DNA of 64,000 bases from positions 17,918,001 through 17,982,000 of the forward strand of contig JBHGNT010000017.1 in assembly GCA_043228905.1 (NCBI GenBank), read 5' to 3'. The stretch comes from Azolla caroliniana. Lineage: Eukaryota; Plantae; Polypodiophyta. The translations under genes were made by a program, and so were the position numbers. The notes beneath the pieces were generated by a model. The model saw nothing but the letters and a program-made list of their open reading frames with translations. It was not told the origin of the DNA and made no database searches. Below, in pieces: positions 1 through 12,430 of this stretch (its first letter is position 1; every line of letters starts with the position of its first letter).

Positions 1-67
1 GGATGCATTCGTTTGAACCTAATAAATAAATCGACCTGCGTAATAAAGGGGAATTAGTTATTCTCGT

Positions 68-910
68 AACTAGCTAACTATTCTAGTAGCTAATTAGCTA
101 TTCTAGTAGCTAATTAGCTATCCTAGTAGCTTATTAGCTATTCTAGTAGCTAATTAGCTATCATGGTAGCTAATTAGCTGTCCTAGTAGCTAATTAGCTA
201 TCATGGTAGCTAATTAGCTATTCTAGTAGCTAATTAGCTATCATGGTAGCTAATTAGCTGGTCTAGTAGCTAATTAGCTGGTCTAGTAGCTAATTAGCTT
301 TCCTAGTAACTAATTAACTATCATGGTAGCTAATTCGTTGGTCTAGTAGCTAATTAGCTATCATGGTAGCTAATTAGCGGGTCTAGTAGCTAATTAGCTA
401 TCATGGTGGCTAATTAGTTGTCCTAGTAACTAATTAGCTATCATGGTAGCTAATTAGTTGGTCTAGTAGCTAATTAGCTATCATGGTGGCTAATTAGCTG
501 TCCTAACTAATTAGCTATCATGGTAGCAAATTAGCTGGTAATAACGAAATAGCTAACTAGCTACCAGTACAACTAATTATCTGGTAGTACCTAAATTAGC
601 TATTGAGAATAGCTAATTAGCTATCATGGTAGTAGCTATTGAGAGTAGCCAGTTACCTATGTAGTAGCTATCCTAGTAGCTAATTAGCTATCATGGTAGC
701 TAATTAGCTTTCCTAGTAGCTAATTAGATGGTAATAACGAAATAGCTAACTAGCTACCAGTACAACTAATTATCTGGTAGTACCTAAATTAGCAATTGAG
801 AATAGCTAATTAGCTATCATGGTAGTAGCTATTGAGAGTAGCTAGTTACCTATGTAGTAGCTATCCTAGTAGCTAACTGAGGTAAATGTAACTGATAAGC
901 TAATTAGCTT
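68..910. repeat. ~20-bp tandem satellite built on the palindrome TAGCTAATTAGCTA
   Basis: Units such as TAGCTAATTAGCTATCATGG and TAGCTAATTAGCTATTCTAG repeat many times; higher-order ~193-bp duplication starting at ~537 and ~730. Confidence 0.95.
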
Positions 911-978
911 TTCTGCTAACTGAGCTAATTGACTTTCCGTATAGAGTCAAAATAAATGTTGAGATAAATGTAAATACC

Positions 979-1727
979 TGAGGTACATCAAGAAGATGAA
1001 TAGGATGCTCCTCGTATTGATTTCTTCCAACATGTTTCTTGCATAAATCCTTTTTATTGGGTGAAACCCTACTCTCATTAGTCCAAAACATTGTGATTAC
1101 ATCCTTGATTTCAAATGTTATGGGTGTCATTGGCTTACATCTTGTAGTTAGCTTTAGTAGACTAGTTCCTTCACCCGAGGAAATTATACGGTTCATTGTA
1201 TTGTACACTATTTTTCTACTAACACCAATTACCTTAGATAGCTCACTGATGTTTATATCGTCAACATCACTATTAAGTAACATCATTAGACTAGACCTTT
1301 TTAAGACAAGATCATCTTCTGACCTGCTCATGGATACGAAACTATTACGAAGATTATTTACTAAAATAGATGATATGTTTGCATTAAGACCATCACAATC
1401 AACTAAGTCCTTTATCGATGGATCATTACATATTCCATAAAGTACTACCTTCTTTTCTTCATTGCTGATGTGCTTGGTTTGAACATTGAAATAGTCTACA
1501 ACCTTTCTCTCTATAATGATAGTCGCATTACTTACATTCTCAGCTAAACTATCCTTACCTTTACTGAGTGTGGCTTTCGTATCTTTCAACAATTGACGAT
1601 GTTCCCTTTTTTTTTCTGCCCAATAGTTTTGTATGGCTTGTTGTGTCCTGATAGCATCATCCCTATCCTTATGATCATTGAGGGGTAATTCTAAACACCC
1701 TTCTTCCCCTTCCATTTGGCTGGACAT
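979..1727 (-). CDS. Exon of a probable DNA-transposon (Sola-like) transposase; continues past a splice donor toward the window start
   Basis: ORF 900-1727 with an HTH-like segment (ISELSKVIGVSRKIVYNTM) and the motif FWTNESRVSPNKKD...HLLDVPQ; CAG|GTATTT donor at ~979. The family call is from recalled motif similarity, not a search. Confidence 0.45.
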
Positions 1728-2032
1728 GTTAAAACCCTAAATTTCCAGGAAAAAAAACAAGTATTTAAGATGGCTATGGGCAACAACAATACACAAAAAT
1801 ATTCCACAATACACAAGATTAGACACAACAATACACAAAATAATCAATAGACAAAAACGCTATTGCAATCCAAGACCGAACAGTAGAGGAGTTCACTCCG
1901 TTGGATCGAACAGTTGAGGAGGCGATCCAAGACCGACCAATGGCAACAACTGAGTGTAGAATGTTGTCGTTGGATGAGTGAACTCCGTCAAATCGAAATG
2001 TGGAAGCAATCCGGGATTAGACAGTAGCGGCA

Positions 2033-2632
2033 ACTGAGTATAGAATGATGGCAATGGAGGAGAGAACCCCATCAGATTGAACAGTTACCGATGATGCTTG
2101 GAACGCACATAGAAGGCACATGAGAGTAGAGTGGCACAGAGAAGAGAACCTCGTCAGATTGAACAGTTACCAATGATGGTTGGAACACACAGTAGCGGCC
2201 CCTGAGTGTAGAGTGGCACAGAGAAGAGAACCCCGTCAGATTGAACAGCTCTTTGATGATGCTTGGAACGCACAGTAGCAGCCCCTGAGTATAGAGTGTC
2301 ACAGAGAAGAGAACCCAGTCAGATTGAGCAGCTCTTTGATGATGCTTGGAACGCACAGTAGCAGCCCCTGAGTATAGAGTGTCACAGAGAAGAGAACCCA
2401 GTCAGATTGAGCAGCTCTTTGATGATGCTTGGAACGCACAGTAGCAGCCCCTGAGTGTAGAGTGGCAAAGAGAAGAGAACCCCATCAGATTGAACAACTA
2501 TTTGATGATGCTTGGAATGCACAGTAGTGGCCCCTGAGTGTAGAGTGTCACAGAGAAGAGAACCCCGTCAGATTGAGCAGCTCTTTGATGATGCTTGGAA
2601 CGCACAGTAGCGGCCCCTCAGTGTAGAGTGGC
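2033..2632. repeat. 83-bp tandem repeat, ~7 copies
   Basis: CCCCTGAGT at 2199, 2282, 2365 and onward gives a period of 83; probably subterminal repeats of the DNA element. Confidence 0.93.
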
Positions 2633-2986
2633 GGTAGGTGGACTCGATAGGGTTTAGCAACAGTGGTAGCAACTAACCCATAGTACTCAACTAGAGATGG
2701 CCTACGTGATGTGGCAAAGGATCATGCATAATGGACCTAGGAATTCGATATATAATTTATGGTACACATTTATGGTGCACACATCAATTTATATTGCACA
2801 TTTATGACACTCATTTACATATGTAATTAAAACACTCTAGTATTTTCAATGGTAGTTTTTTGCATACTTAATTTATTAATGATGGCATTTTACTAAAATG
2901 ACTATTTATCAATGGTAGCTTTTTGCATAGCTAATTAGCTATGTCAAGGACATAGCTAATTGTTTCCACTCGCATGCTTTCACCCA

Positions 2987-5869
2987 GGTCTCTTGTTGGA
3001 GAACGATGAAGGGTTCACGACTGACTGGGCCATGGTTAAAGGAGTCTGCAACCGTTTCGACAAACGGCGGGAGTGGAGTGATGAAGGGTCGTCAACAACA
3101 AGGCTCGTCCCGTCAAGGCAGTTCGAGGACCCTTCGCTGGCACGAAAAGAAGAAACCTGAAATTGGCTTAAGATGGGGTCGGCGTCAAGCGGCGTGGTCA
3201 AAGGTCCCTCCGGAGGGGCGGTGCTGGAAGAATTGACACAAATGGTGTGCGACCTCCAGATCGCGTAGGCACGACGGGACAACGGCGACCAGTCTCGCGA
3301 CTGAAGGCCACCGGCAGGGCAACGATGCATATGGTGTGGCGCATTCATCCATGCCTGCATAGACTGCGCGGATTTCACAGATGCGCTTAGAACTAACACG
3401 GTGTACCTCTGGGGTGGCCGGGTGCACTCTAGTGAGACTCAGAGAGCCCTGGAAGTGAATATCGAGCGTGGTGGAATGAAGAGTCTGATGGAAGAGGCCG
3501 TCGCACGACACACTGAGGCCGTGAATTATGTGGCGTCGGTAGGAATCCGGGTCGGGGGCAACGAAGGACAGAAGGCAAGCCACTTCGGGTTCTGGCCACT
3601 AGTGCTGGAAGGCCTCTCCGGAGTCCGGTTGAAGAAGGAAGAAGCGGACCGCGCGGAGCAACGGATCCGAGAAGTCACTGGGTGGGACGACCCGGTCGCA
3701 GAAAAGTCTGGCTTCGTAGAAGCTGCATGCCAGAACTACGAGGTTCTGGTGGAAGACAAGCACATGGGCAAGGCTGGAGGGGCCGGTCCCTCGCAACGGT
3801 ACGACACCCGGTTCGGCCCGAAAAAGAGTGACGCCGGCAATTCTGGCATACCGAACAAGGCCAAGCCTGCCGGGTACCGGTTGAGCACCGAGATAGAAAG
3901 AACAACAGGCTTGCGGAAGGTCCTCGAAGAGCGGATCCTCGACAACAAGGTGGAGTTGTCGCTGAGGGAGGTGCTTGGAATCGCCAAGAAGGAGTTCCAC
4001 GACTCCATTGTGGACTTGGTCAAGCGCAAAGGGCTCTCCACGGAACCAGAACCATAGAAGCCCATAGAGGTGCGGACTATGCACTTAGAGGATGCAGCCT
4101 TGGAGGATGAGTTGGCGGAAAGCCATTATTCTAAATTACACTGGGCCAAAGCCACTACCGAGACCCCTGTTCAGGTCGGGGATGTGCAAGAGCCGATAGT
4201 GGCGCTAAAAGACCATGGATCCGAGATCAATCTGATGTCCATGGACTTTTACAAGAAGGGGAAATTGGCCGATCAACACCAAACATGTCTAGAAGATACA
4301 CGCGGCGACCTGCGCTACGGAGGAGCTGCACGGGGCGTGCCCGAACGTACACGTGAAGATCGGTGACGTCGAGATAGACCAACAATTTTTTGTGCAAGAG
4401 ACATCCTCACACCCAGTGATACTTGGCGAACCGTACATCACGGCAGCACACATGGAGACAAAGGTGCTCAACAACGGCTCAGCATACACGTGTGTGCAAA
4501 GTCAAGACGGACGACACTCCGTCCAATTTCTAACCGTGACACCAAATCATGAGCGTAACCGCGAGACTCTCAGCGGCGACAACCGAGGGGATTTTTAAAG
4601 AGGGCTATCAAGGCGTGGGGCCGCGATAGTCCAGACGCGCCGGAGGAACCCCACACTTGTACCATAGGTAGGAAATTTTGGCTATCCGACACCGGAGGTT
4701 GTACATTAATTGGCATCAGTAGCAGGGAGAAGAAGAAGGTGGAGGAGCGTCTCAGGTCATACGGGGCTCTCTACCCCGATGAAGAAATTAGCGGCGCTGT
4801 GGAGGCGGTCTCGTTTGACGACACCTTGGGAGAACTATGCGGTGTAGTCGATGAGGGCCTTAGCAGAGACCAGATGATTTTGGTCAGCTCAGTGGAAATG
4901 TACAAAGTCATCGCGGACTTTGGGGAACGGATCAGGTCAGATCGGATGGCCTGCGTAAGTACGAAGTACAAGACTGTGGACCGGAAGGTGAGGCCCGTCC
5001 CGGCACCCTTGCCGGAGGGCAGTGAGAAGCATATAAAGGGGGTCGCGTCGGACCCAAGTTTACGGAATCCGGTCGGCATAGGACACCGGTTCACTGAGAT
5101 AATGCTACGGGAGCTCAAGGTTGGTGGGGGTGGGTTTCTACTGCCGACGGAGGAGGACCGGTTTCGGAGAATGCTCGGAAGGCACAGGAAAGCCTTCGCA
5201 TTCTCGCTAGAGGAGATCGGGTGCATAGACCCGACGATCATAGAACCGATGGTGATCTTCACGGTACCACACGTACCGTGGAATCTCAAACCGATTCCGG
5301 TACCTAGAGCTCACATTCCGGAGCTGATGAAGCTGCTGAAACAGAAGGTGGAGATGGGCATCCTCGAACCATCGAATGCCCCATATTCAAATTGGTGGTT
5401 TACTGTGCCAAAGAAGAACGGCACACTACGCTTCATATAGGACCTGCAGCCGGTCAACAAGATGACCATTCGAAACGTAGGTACCGGACCGACCATTGAT
5501 GAGTTCGTGGAGGCCTTCGCATGGAGGTCGATCTACTCGGTCAGGGATCTGTACTCAGGGTACAATCAGTTCCAACTAGCCATAGAGAGCAGGGATGTCA
5601 CGACGATGTGGACTCCTGTCGGCCTAGTTCGGATGTGTACCCTACCGCAAGGGGGAACGAACTCGGTGGCGCACATGGCGAATGTGTTGAACAAGGTGTT
5701 GAGGGACTGCATCCCGGACATCACCATGCTGTTTCTGGACGACATCCCGATCAAAGGATGTCCGGTGGAGGACAAGGACAAGTCGGTCGGGCCCGACAGT
5801 TACCGGAGGTTCGTGACGGATCACATCCGCGATTGCGAGAAGGTGCTACAAAGACTCGAGAGCGCGCGA
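2987..5869 (+). pseudogene. Gy-A gag-protease-RT, degenerate
   Basis: ORFs 3401-4057, 4070-4366, 4353-4598, 4739-5440 and 5462-5893 with stops and frameshifts; RT motifs DLYSGYNQF, LPQGGTNS, FLDD. Confidence 0.9.
4589..4654 (+). promoter_or_regulatory. Predicted -1 ribosomal frameshift signal (Gy-A)
   Basis: G GAT TTT at 4589-4595 then TAA; stem GGGCTATC (4602-4609) / GATAGTCC (4625-4632); loop GTGGGG pairs with CCCCAC (4649-4654); the -1 frame is open into the pol ORF at 4739. Confidence 0.75.
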
Positions 5870-6543
5870 TCTCATGAAGAAAACCGTCCCTAGGCGGAAA
5901 CCGAGTTTAGCATGTGTAAACCGGCCCTTACACGCGAGCACACTTTTCGTTGTATAGTAAGTAGGTAGGTACAAGTCGGCTGAGGTGAAATCCTAGGTAG
6001 CACGCATTCATAGGGAGAGAATCGAATTGTATCTCTGTCCGAAAGGACAGAGAATTAATATGATGTAACGGATGATAACGGCCTCCCTCCTTGGGCTATA
6101 AAATAGAGGGAGAGGAATGAAAAAGATATCACACGTTAGAGAGGACCAAGCGCTTCTCCTCTGCCACTCTCCATAGATATTTTTGCGCAGGTTTTCGGGA
6201 GGCTGACTCTACTCCGTGGAACGCCCTTGTGCTTCCGGTAGAGTCTCCATCTCACTCTTCTGTGTGTGTGAGTGAACAGGCGTCGGTGTCCGCCTTGCCG
6301 GCCTGTTAGTTGTAACCATCTTGATATATATATATACATTTATATACATGCGTGTTCATATACTCAGACTTCTAGTCGTCTCGTTTTGCTGTGTTGTTGG
6401 ACTGTGATTCCTATGTGCTCCCGTGTCTGTGCGTGTGCAAGTGCGTCCGTTGCCTTTCCGTTCTCCTCCTTCTCAGCTATTTCTCGGTCCAAGACCCCGG
6501 TGATCCCGGCTCGTTCTCCACGCACGCGCGTAAGAACGCGACA
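5870..6543 (+). repeat. Gy-B 5' LTR
   Basis: T(C)TCATGAAGAAAACC...AACGCGACA, TATA-like CTATAAAA; matches 16683-17378. Confidence 0.93.
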
Positions 6544-6547
6544 TATT

Positions 6548-6565
6548 TGGTGAACCCGACATGAA
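6548..6565 (+). promoter_or_regulatory. Primer-binding site complementary to tRNA-Trp 3' end
   Basis: TGGTGAACCCGACATGAA versus the reverse complement of the plant tRNA-Trp(CCA) 3' end, TGGTGAACCCGACGTGAA (recalled sequence). Confidence 0.8.
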
Positions 6566-6588
6566 ACGGGCGGCAAAGGAATAGAAAG

Positions 6589-8751
6589 ATGAGGGGGTCG
6601 GATCTCGCGGAAGCCATGGCTTCGGCTGTGGATCGGATAGTGAGTGCGCGCGAAGGCGCAGGCGCCCTCGATAGGGCTATTGAAGCGTTTGTCGGCACGA
6701 TAGGCAGGTTCGGTGGGAAGGACACCACAAGCTATTTGGAAGCCTACCGGGCCGAGATGGTAATGACAGATATTCCGGAAGAAAGGAGACTGACCGGATT
6801 CCCTCAGGTGGCGATGCCGGGCATCCATGTGGAGGTGCTCGAGGTACGGGCTGAGAGCCGGACCTGGGAAGAATTTGAAGGTCGGCTCCTCAAAAAATAC
6901 GAGCTTGATGACGCGCTTTGGCTCTCGAAACGGAACTTCATGGAATGGGTAGAGACCCTCGGAAAGGGGAGAAACGCGTCGGTGCTCCTCCGGGAGTTTG
7001 AAGAACGCTTCGTGCGTCTTTCGGTGCTCGATCGAACCGTACTAGACAAACATCGCGTCCTGCTGTTCATTAAATTGGTGGATGCGAGGGACCAAGAGCA
7101 AGTGGGTCTCCTGCTGAAGACTGATGACGGGCTAACGGCCGACTGGGCCTTGGTGAAGAGAGTCTGTGGCCGTTTCGACAAACGGCGAGAGTGGGTCAAT
7201 AAAGGATCAACAGGGGCGGGCTCTGTAGCAGCAAGGAAACTCGAGCCAACCCCGTCAGCATGAAGGGAAGAGACCCAAGACTGGCTCGAGATTGGATCGA
7301 CTTCAACCGGCATGGTCAAAGGCTCGTCCAGAGGAGTAGCTCTAGAGGAGCCGACTAGGATGGTAAAGGACCTCCAGATTGCACAGGCACGGAGGGACGA
7401 CGGCGAACAGGCCCGTGACCGAAGGCCTCTGGTTGGAAACCGGTGTTTGTGGTGCGATGCGGTCGGCCACATCCGGAAGAACTGCGGAGACTTCGCCGAG
7501 GCAATGAGAGCCAACGTGGTGTACCTATGGAACGGTCGGGTGCACGCTAGCGAGACCCGAAGGGCCCTGGACCTGAATGTCGGACTAGGGGGTATGAAAC
7601 AGCTGATGGAAGAGGCGGCGGCTCACCACGTAGAGACCGTCCACTACTCGGCGTCAGCTCGCCACGCGGAGACCGTTCACTACTCAGCGTTGGCTAGGAT
7701 CCGGGTCGGAGGTGGTGAGGCTCGGAAGTTGAACGAAGCCGGATTCTGGCCGCTGATGCTGGAAGGCCTTGTCGGCGCACGACTAAGGAAAGAAGAAGCG
7801 GACCATGCAGAGAAATGGGTCCGGGAGGTAACCGAGTGGAGTGACCCGATCCAAGAGAAGACGGGCTTCATTGAAGCCGCATGCCAAAACTACGAGACTC
7901 TGGTGGAAGACAAGCGAGTAGGAAAAACCGGAGGGGCGGGGCCCTCGCAACGGTACGAGACCCGATTCGGTCAAAGGCAGAATGAGGCCGGTGCGACCGG
8001 CGCATCAGATACACCCACGAAGGCCGGGTACCGGTTGAGCACGGAAATCGAAAGGACCATGGACCTGCGAAAGGTCCTGGAGGAACGTATCCTCGACAGC
8101 AAAGTGGAGTTGTCGCTGAGGGAAGTGCTCGGGATCGCCAAGAAGGAGTTCCACGACTCCATCGTAGACTTGGTGAAGAGGAAGAGGTTGTCGACAGAGC
8201 CAAAGCCGGAGAAGTCGGTGGAACTGCAAACGACACACATAAAGGACATGGCGCTAGAAGACGAGTTGGCAGAGAGCCACTATTCGAGGCCGCACTGGGC
8301 CAGAGCGACCACGGAGACCTCTGTTAAGATCGGGGATGTCCAGGAGCCGGTGGTGGTGTTGGTGGACCACGGTTCAGAAATCAACTTGATGTCCATGGAC
8401 TTCTACAAAAAGGGGAAATGGCCAATCAACACCAAACACGGCTGGAAAATACGGGCAGCGACGCACGCCATGGAAGAACTACATGGAGCTTGCCCGAACG
8501 TACGGGTGAAAATCGGCGATGTCAAGATCGACCAGCACTTCTTCATGCAGGAGACGTCCTCACATCCAGTTATACTAGGAGAACCATACATCACGGCGGC
8601 ACGGATGGAGACCAAGGTGTTGGACAACGATTCGGCCTATGCAAGAGTCAAGAGCCAGGACGGGTGTCACTCGGTCTAGTTCCTGACGGTGCGACCAAAC
8701 CATGAGCGTAACCGCGAGACCCTCGGCGGCGAAACCCAAGGGGATTTTTAG
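6589..8751 (+). pseudogene. Gy-B gag-protease ORF with two premature stops
   Basis: ORFs 6589-7263 and 7312-8679 in the same frame; CCHC knuckle CLWCDAVGHIRKNC; protease VDHGSEINLM; natural stop at GAT TTT TAG (8751). Confidence 0.9.
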
Positions 8752-8807
8752 AGAGGACTATCAAGGCGTGGGGCCGCGATAGTCCGGACACCCCGGAAAA
8801 ACCCCAC
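8742..8807 (+). promoter_or_regulatory. Predicted -1 frameshift signal (Gy-B)
   Basis: G GAT TTT at 8742-8748, 6-nt spacer, perfect 8-bp stem GGACTATC (8755-8762) / GATAGTCC (8778-8785), GTGGGG (8768-8773) / CCCCAC (8802-8807). Confidence 0.78.
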
Positions 8808-9597
8808 AAATGTATAGTAGGGAAGAAGACCTCTTCCATAGGTAGGAAATTTTGGTTCTCCGACAGCGGGGGTTGTACGATTGTCGGCGTCGTTGGCGGA
8901 GAGAAGAAGAGGGCGGAGGAGCGACTTCAGGCATGCGGAATCCTCGGCCCTGGAGAGGAAATCACCAGAGCCGTGGAAGCGGTCTCTTTCGACGACACCT
9001 TGGGACAATTACGAGAAGTGGTCGAAGGAGGCCTTAAAGAGGACCGGACGATTCCGGTATGTTCGGACGGGATGTACGAAGTCATCGCCGACTTCTATAA
9101 CGAGCTCGAGTCGGATCAGACAGCCCGCATGGATACAAAGTACAAGATTGTGGACCGGAAGGTGAGGCCAGTCGCGGCACCCTTGCCGGAGGGTAACGAG
9201 GAGCGGATAAAAGGGGTCACGTTGGACCCAAGTTTACGGAATCCGGCTGGCATAGGGCACCGGTTCACCGACATAACGCTACGGGAGCTCAAGGTAGGTG
9301 GGGGTGGCTTTCTACTGCTGGCGGAGGAGGACAGATTTTTCGAAGAATGCTCGAAAGGCATTGGAAAGCCTTCGCATTCTCGCCGGAGGAGATCGGGTGC
9401 GTAGACCCGACAGTTGTGGAACCGATGGTGATCTTCACAGTACCGCATGTGCCGTGGAATCTCAAACCGATTCTGGTACCCAGAGCTCACATCCCGAAGT
9501 TGATGGAGCTGTTGAAACAGAAGGTCGAGATGGGCATCCTCGAACCGTCAAGTGCCCCATACTCGAATCGGTGGTTTACCGTGCCAAAGAAGAACGG

Positions 9598-10205
9598 TGT
9601 CATGAAGAAAACCGGCCATAGGCGGATTCAGGCAAAAAGGCACATGAACCGGCTCTTACACGGATGAACGCATGAATTGATATTTTGATATTGATTCATA
9701 AATGGATCAACTTATGTAAATACTAAGAAGTACACAGTTATTAGGGGGATTGTGCGTATCTCTATCAGAAGGGACAGGGAATAAAGCGATTTGACTAGGG
9801 AAAAAGGGGCACCCCCTTTTGGGAACTATTTAAGGAGAGGAGAGAAGGAAGAGGAGGGGATCGCGTGTTAAGGAGGACGAAGTGTTGCATGACCGAGAGC
9901 TGAACTCTCTCTCCTCCTCCGACCGTCATTCTCTATGGGTGCGGGGGGGAGTTCAACATCTATGCTTCGTGGGTAGCCCGTGCGCTGCCAGCAGAGGCTT
10001 TTCCTTCTGCGTTTCTCTGGGTCCAGTGTGTTCCGTCTATGTGCATGAGAAGGGTCCCCGTGTCGGGTCCATCGCCGCCTTGCCGGTTGTAACCGTCGGA
10101 GTTTGTAATCTCTTGCTATTGTAATCTCTCGTTATTGTAATATGTTGTTATTGTAATCAAGTGTTCCGTTCTATATCTCTCCTTCTCGCTTCTGCGTGTC
10201 TGTGA

Positions 10206-10243
<38 letters not shown>

Positions 10244-10307
10244 CGCTCCTCGGTCCAAGACCCCCATGGTCCCACCCTTCTATGCGCACGCACGTAACAA
10301 CGCGACA
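9598..10307 (+). mobile_element. Solo LTR of the same Gypsy family
   Basis: TGTCATGAAGAAAACC...AACGCGACA; 4-bp TSD ACGG/ACAG; removal restores RT PKKN(G/S)TLRF. Confidence 0.92.
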
Positions 10308-12058
10308 ACAGCACGTTACGTTTTATTCCAGACCAGCAACCGGTCAACAAGGTGACCATTCGGAACGCAGGAATCAGACCGACCATAGACGAGTTCGCGG
10401 AGGCCTTCGCCGGAAGGTCGATTTACTTTGTCGGTGATCTATACTCGGGGTACAATCAGTTCCAACTAGCCGTGGAGAGGAGAGACATTACGACGATGCG
10501 GACTCCTCTCGGCCTAGTGCGGATGTGTACCCTAACACAAGGAGGGATGAACTCAATGGCTCACATGGTGAACGCAATGAACAAAGTGCTCAGGGATTGT
10601 ATCCTGGACATCACCATGCTGTTCTTAGACGACATCCCGATCAGGGGATGCCCGGTGGAGGAAAAGGACGAGACAATCGGACCGGACGGATGATGTCAGA
10701 AGTTCGTGGCGACTCACATCGATGACTGCGAGAAGGTGTTGCAGAGACTAGAAGGCGCGAGGCTCACCTTCTCCGGGGGAAAATCGGCCTTCGGGCAATC
10801 AGAGATCATGGTAGTCGGGCACCTATGCGGACCATACGGTCGGAAACCGTCTCCGTCCAAGGTGGAAGCCATCTCCACGATGAAGCATGACTGCAATTTG
10901 GTTACGGAGGTTCGGAGATTCTTGGGAGCATGCGCGTTCTACCATATCTGGATCCCGCATTACGCCCATGTCGCGGAGCCGCTGTATGGGTTGTTGAAGA
11001 AAGGGCGTAAAATCGAGTGGGGAGACGAGCATACGGAGTCAGTCCGAAAGATAAAGGAAGCACTTGCCACGGCACCGGCGCTCCGAAAGGCTGTCTACGG
11101 CAAAGAGACTTCGATTTACATAACCGTAGACATGAGTCCGACCGGGATCGGATGGGTGATCAACCAAGAGGATGACGTTGGCACGACGTTCCCCATCCGG
11201 TTCGGCATGAAGGTCCTCAGTGAGCGACAGCGAGGATATGCCCAGGTTAAATGCAAACTCTGGGGTATCATTTCGGCGATGAAGGCCAATAAAGACTACC
11301 TGATCGGGACAGAGGTAATACTCGAGACGGACTGCCTGCCGATTCTTGGCATGGTTTCCAGATGCGCGACGCCGGACCTGGCAATGCTCAGGTGGATAGT
11401 GTACATCAAGTCCCTGAATCTAGAGATACGACACATTTCCTGAAAAGACAATGCCATGACCGACATGCTCTCAAGGGCGAGGACGAGGAAGTCGGTGTAG
11501 ATTTCTTCGAGGCGGCATACGTGACGACCAGAAAGGGGAGCACTCCGGCGCTTAACGAATTCGACGAGAGCAATTATGATGGGGAGTGGCTCCAGATCGG
11601 CAGGCTCCTGAAAACAATGACACCAAACGCGGCGTGGACGAAGGAAGAGACCAACCGGATCCAGAAAAAAGCGTACCGATTCTTCCTTCGGGAGGGTACA
11701 TATGGAAGCACCCGAAGAAGAGAAACGGCGTTCCGCTCCGAGTAGTGGCAAAGAAGGAAGAATAGGAGGAACTACTGGCGAAATTTCACGAGAATCCCTG
11801 GGCCGGGCACCGCGGAACGTGGGCCACGTTCGAGAAGGTGAAGGAGAAGTACTGGTGACCAGGGCTGTACCAGGACGTGCATCAGTTCGTAACAACTTGC
11901 GAAAGCTGTCAGATGCACTCCGTAGTCCGACATCGGGACGAGCTACACCCAACTTACCCGCCTGCAGTCCATTTCAAGTGGATGGTGGACTTGGTGACAA
12001 TGCCGATGGGAGTAGGACAGATGCGGTACCAGGTGCTTGCGTGGGAAGACTTAACGAA

Positions 12059-12340
12059 TGACAAGAACTACGCGTTCTCTGTGAACAACGCTCGGCCACA
12101 ACCGAGCTTAGAATCATAAAACACAGAAAAATGGGGAATGAATGCACGACACAATGGAGGGAAGAGTACACAGGATGTTTACATGGAAAACCCAAATACG
12201 GGAAAAACCAGGGCAGCCCACAGACTGCAAACTATCACTATATCACAATGATTACAACAGTGAGCTCATGGCGGCAACGACCTCTGCTCAATATCTTCGC
12301 CACAGGCGGCGGTTACAACAGAGGCAACGACCTCTTCGTT

Positions 12341-12430
<90 letters not shown>

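Noticed and set aside
2033-2632. Regular repeats resembling a CRISPR array
   Set aside because: Whole 83-bp units repeat with no unique spacers; eukaryotic context and no cas genes
4771-8249. Recurrent antisense ORFs over Gypsy gag-pol
   Set aside because: Shadow frames expected from codon bias; no independent motifs
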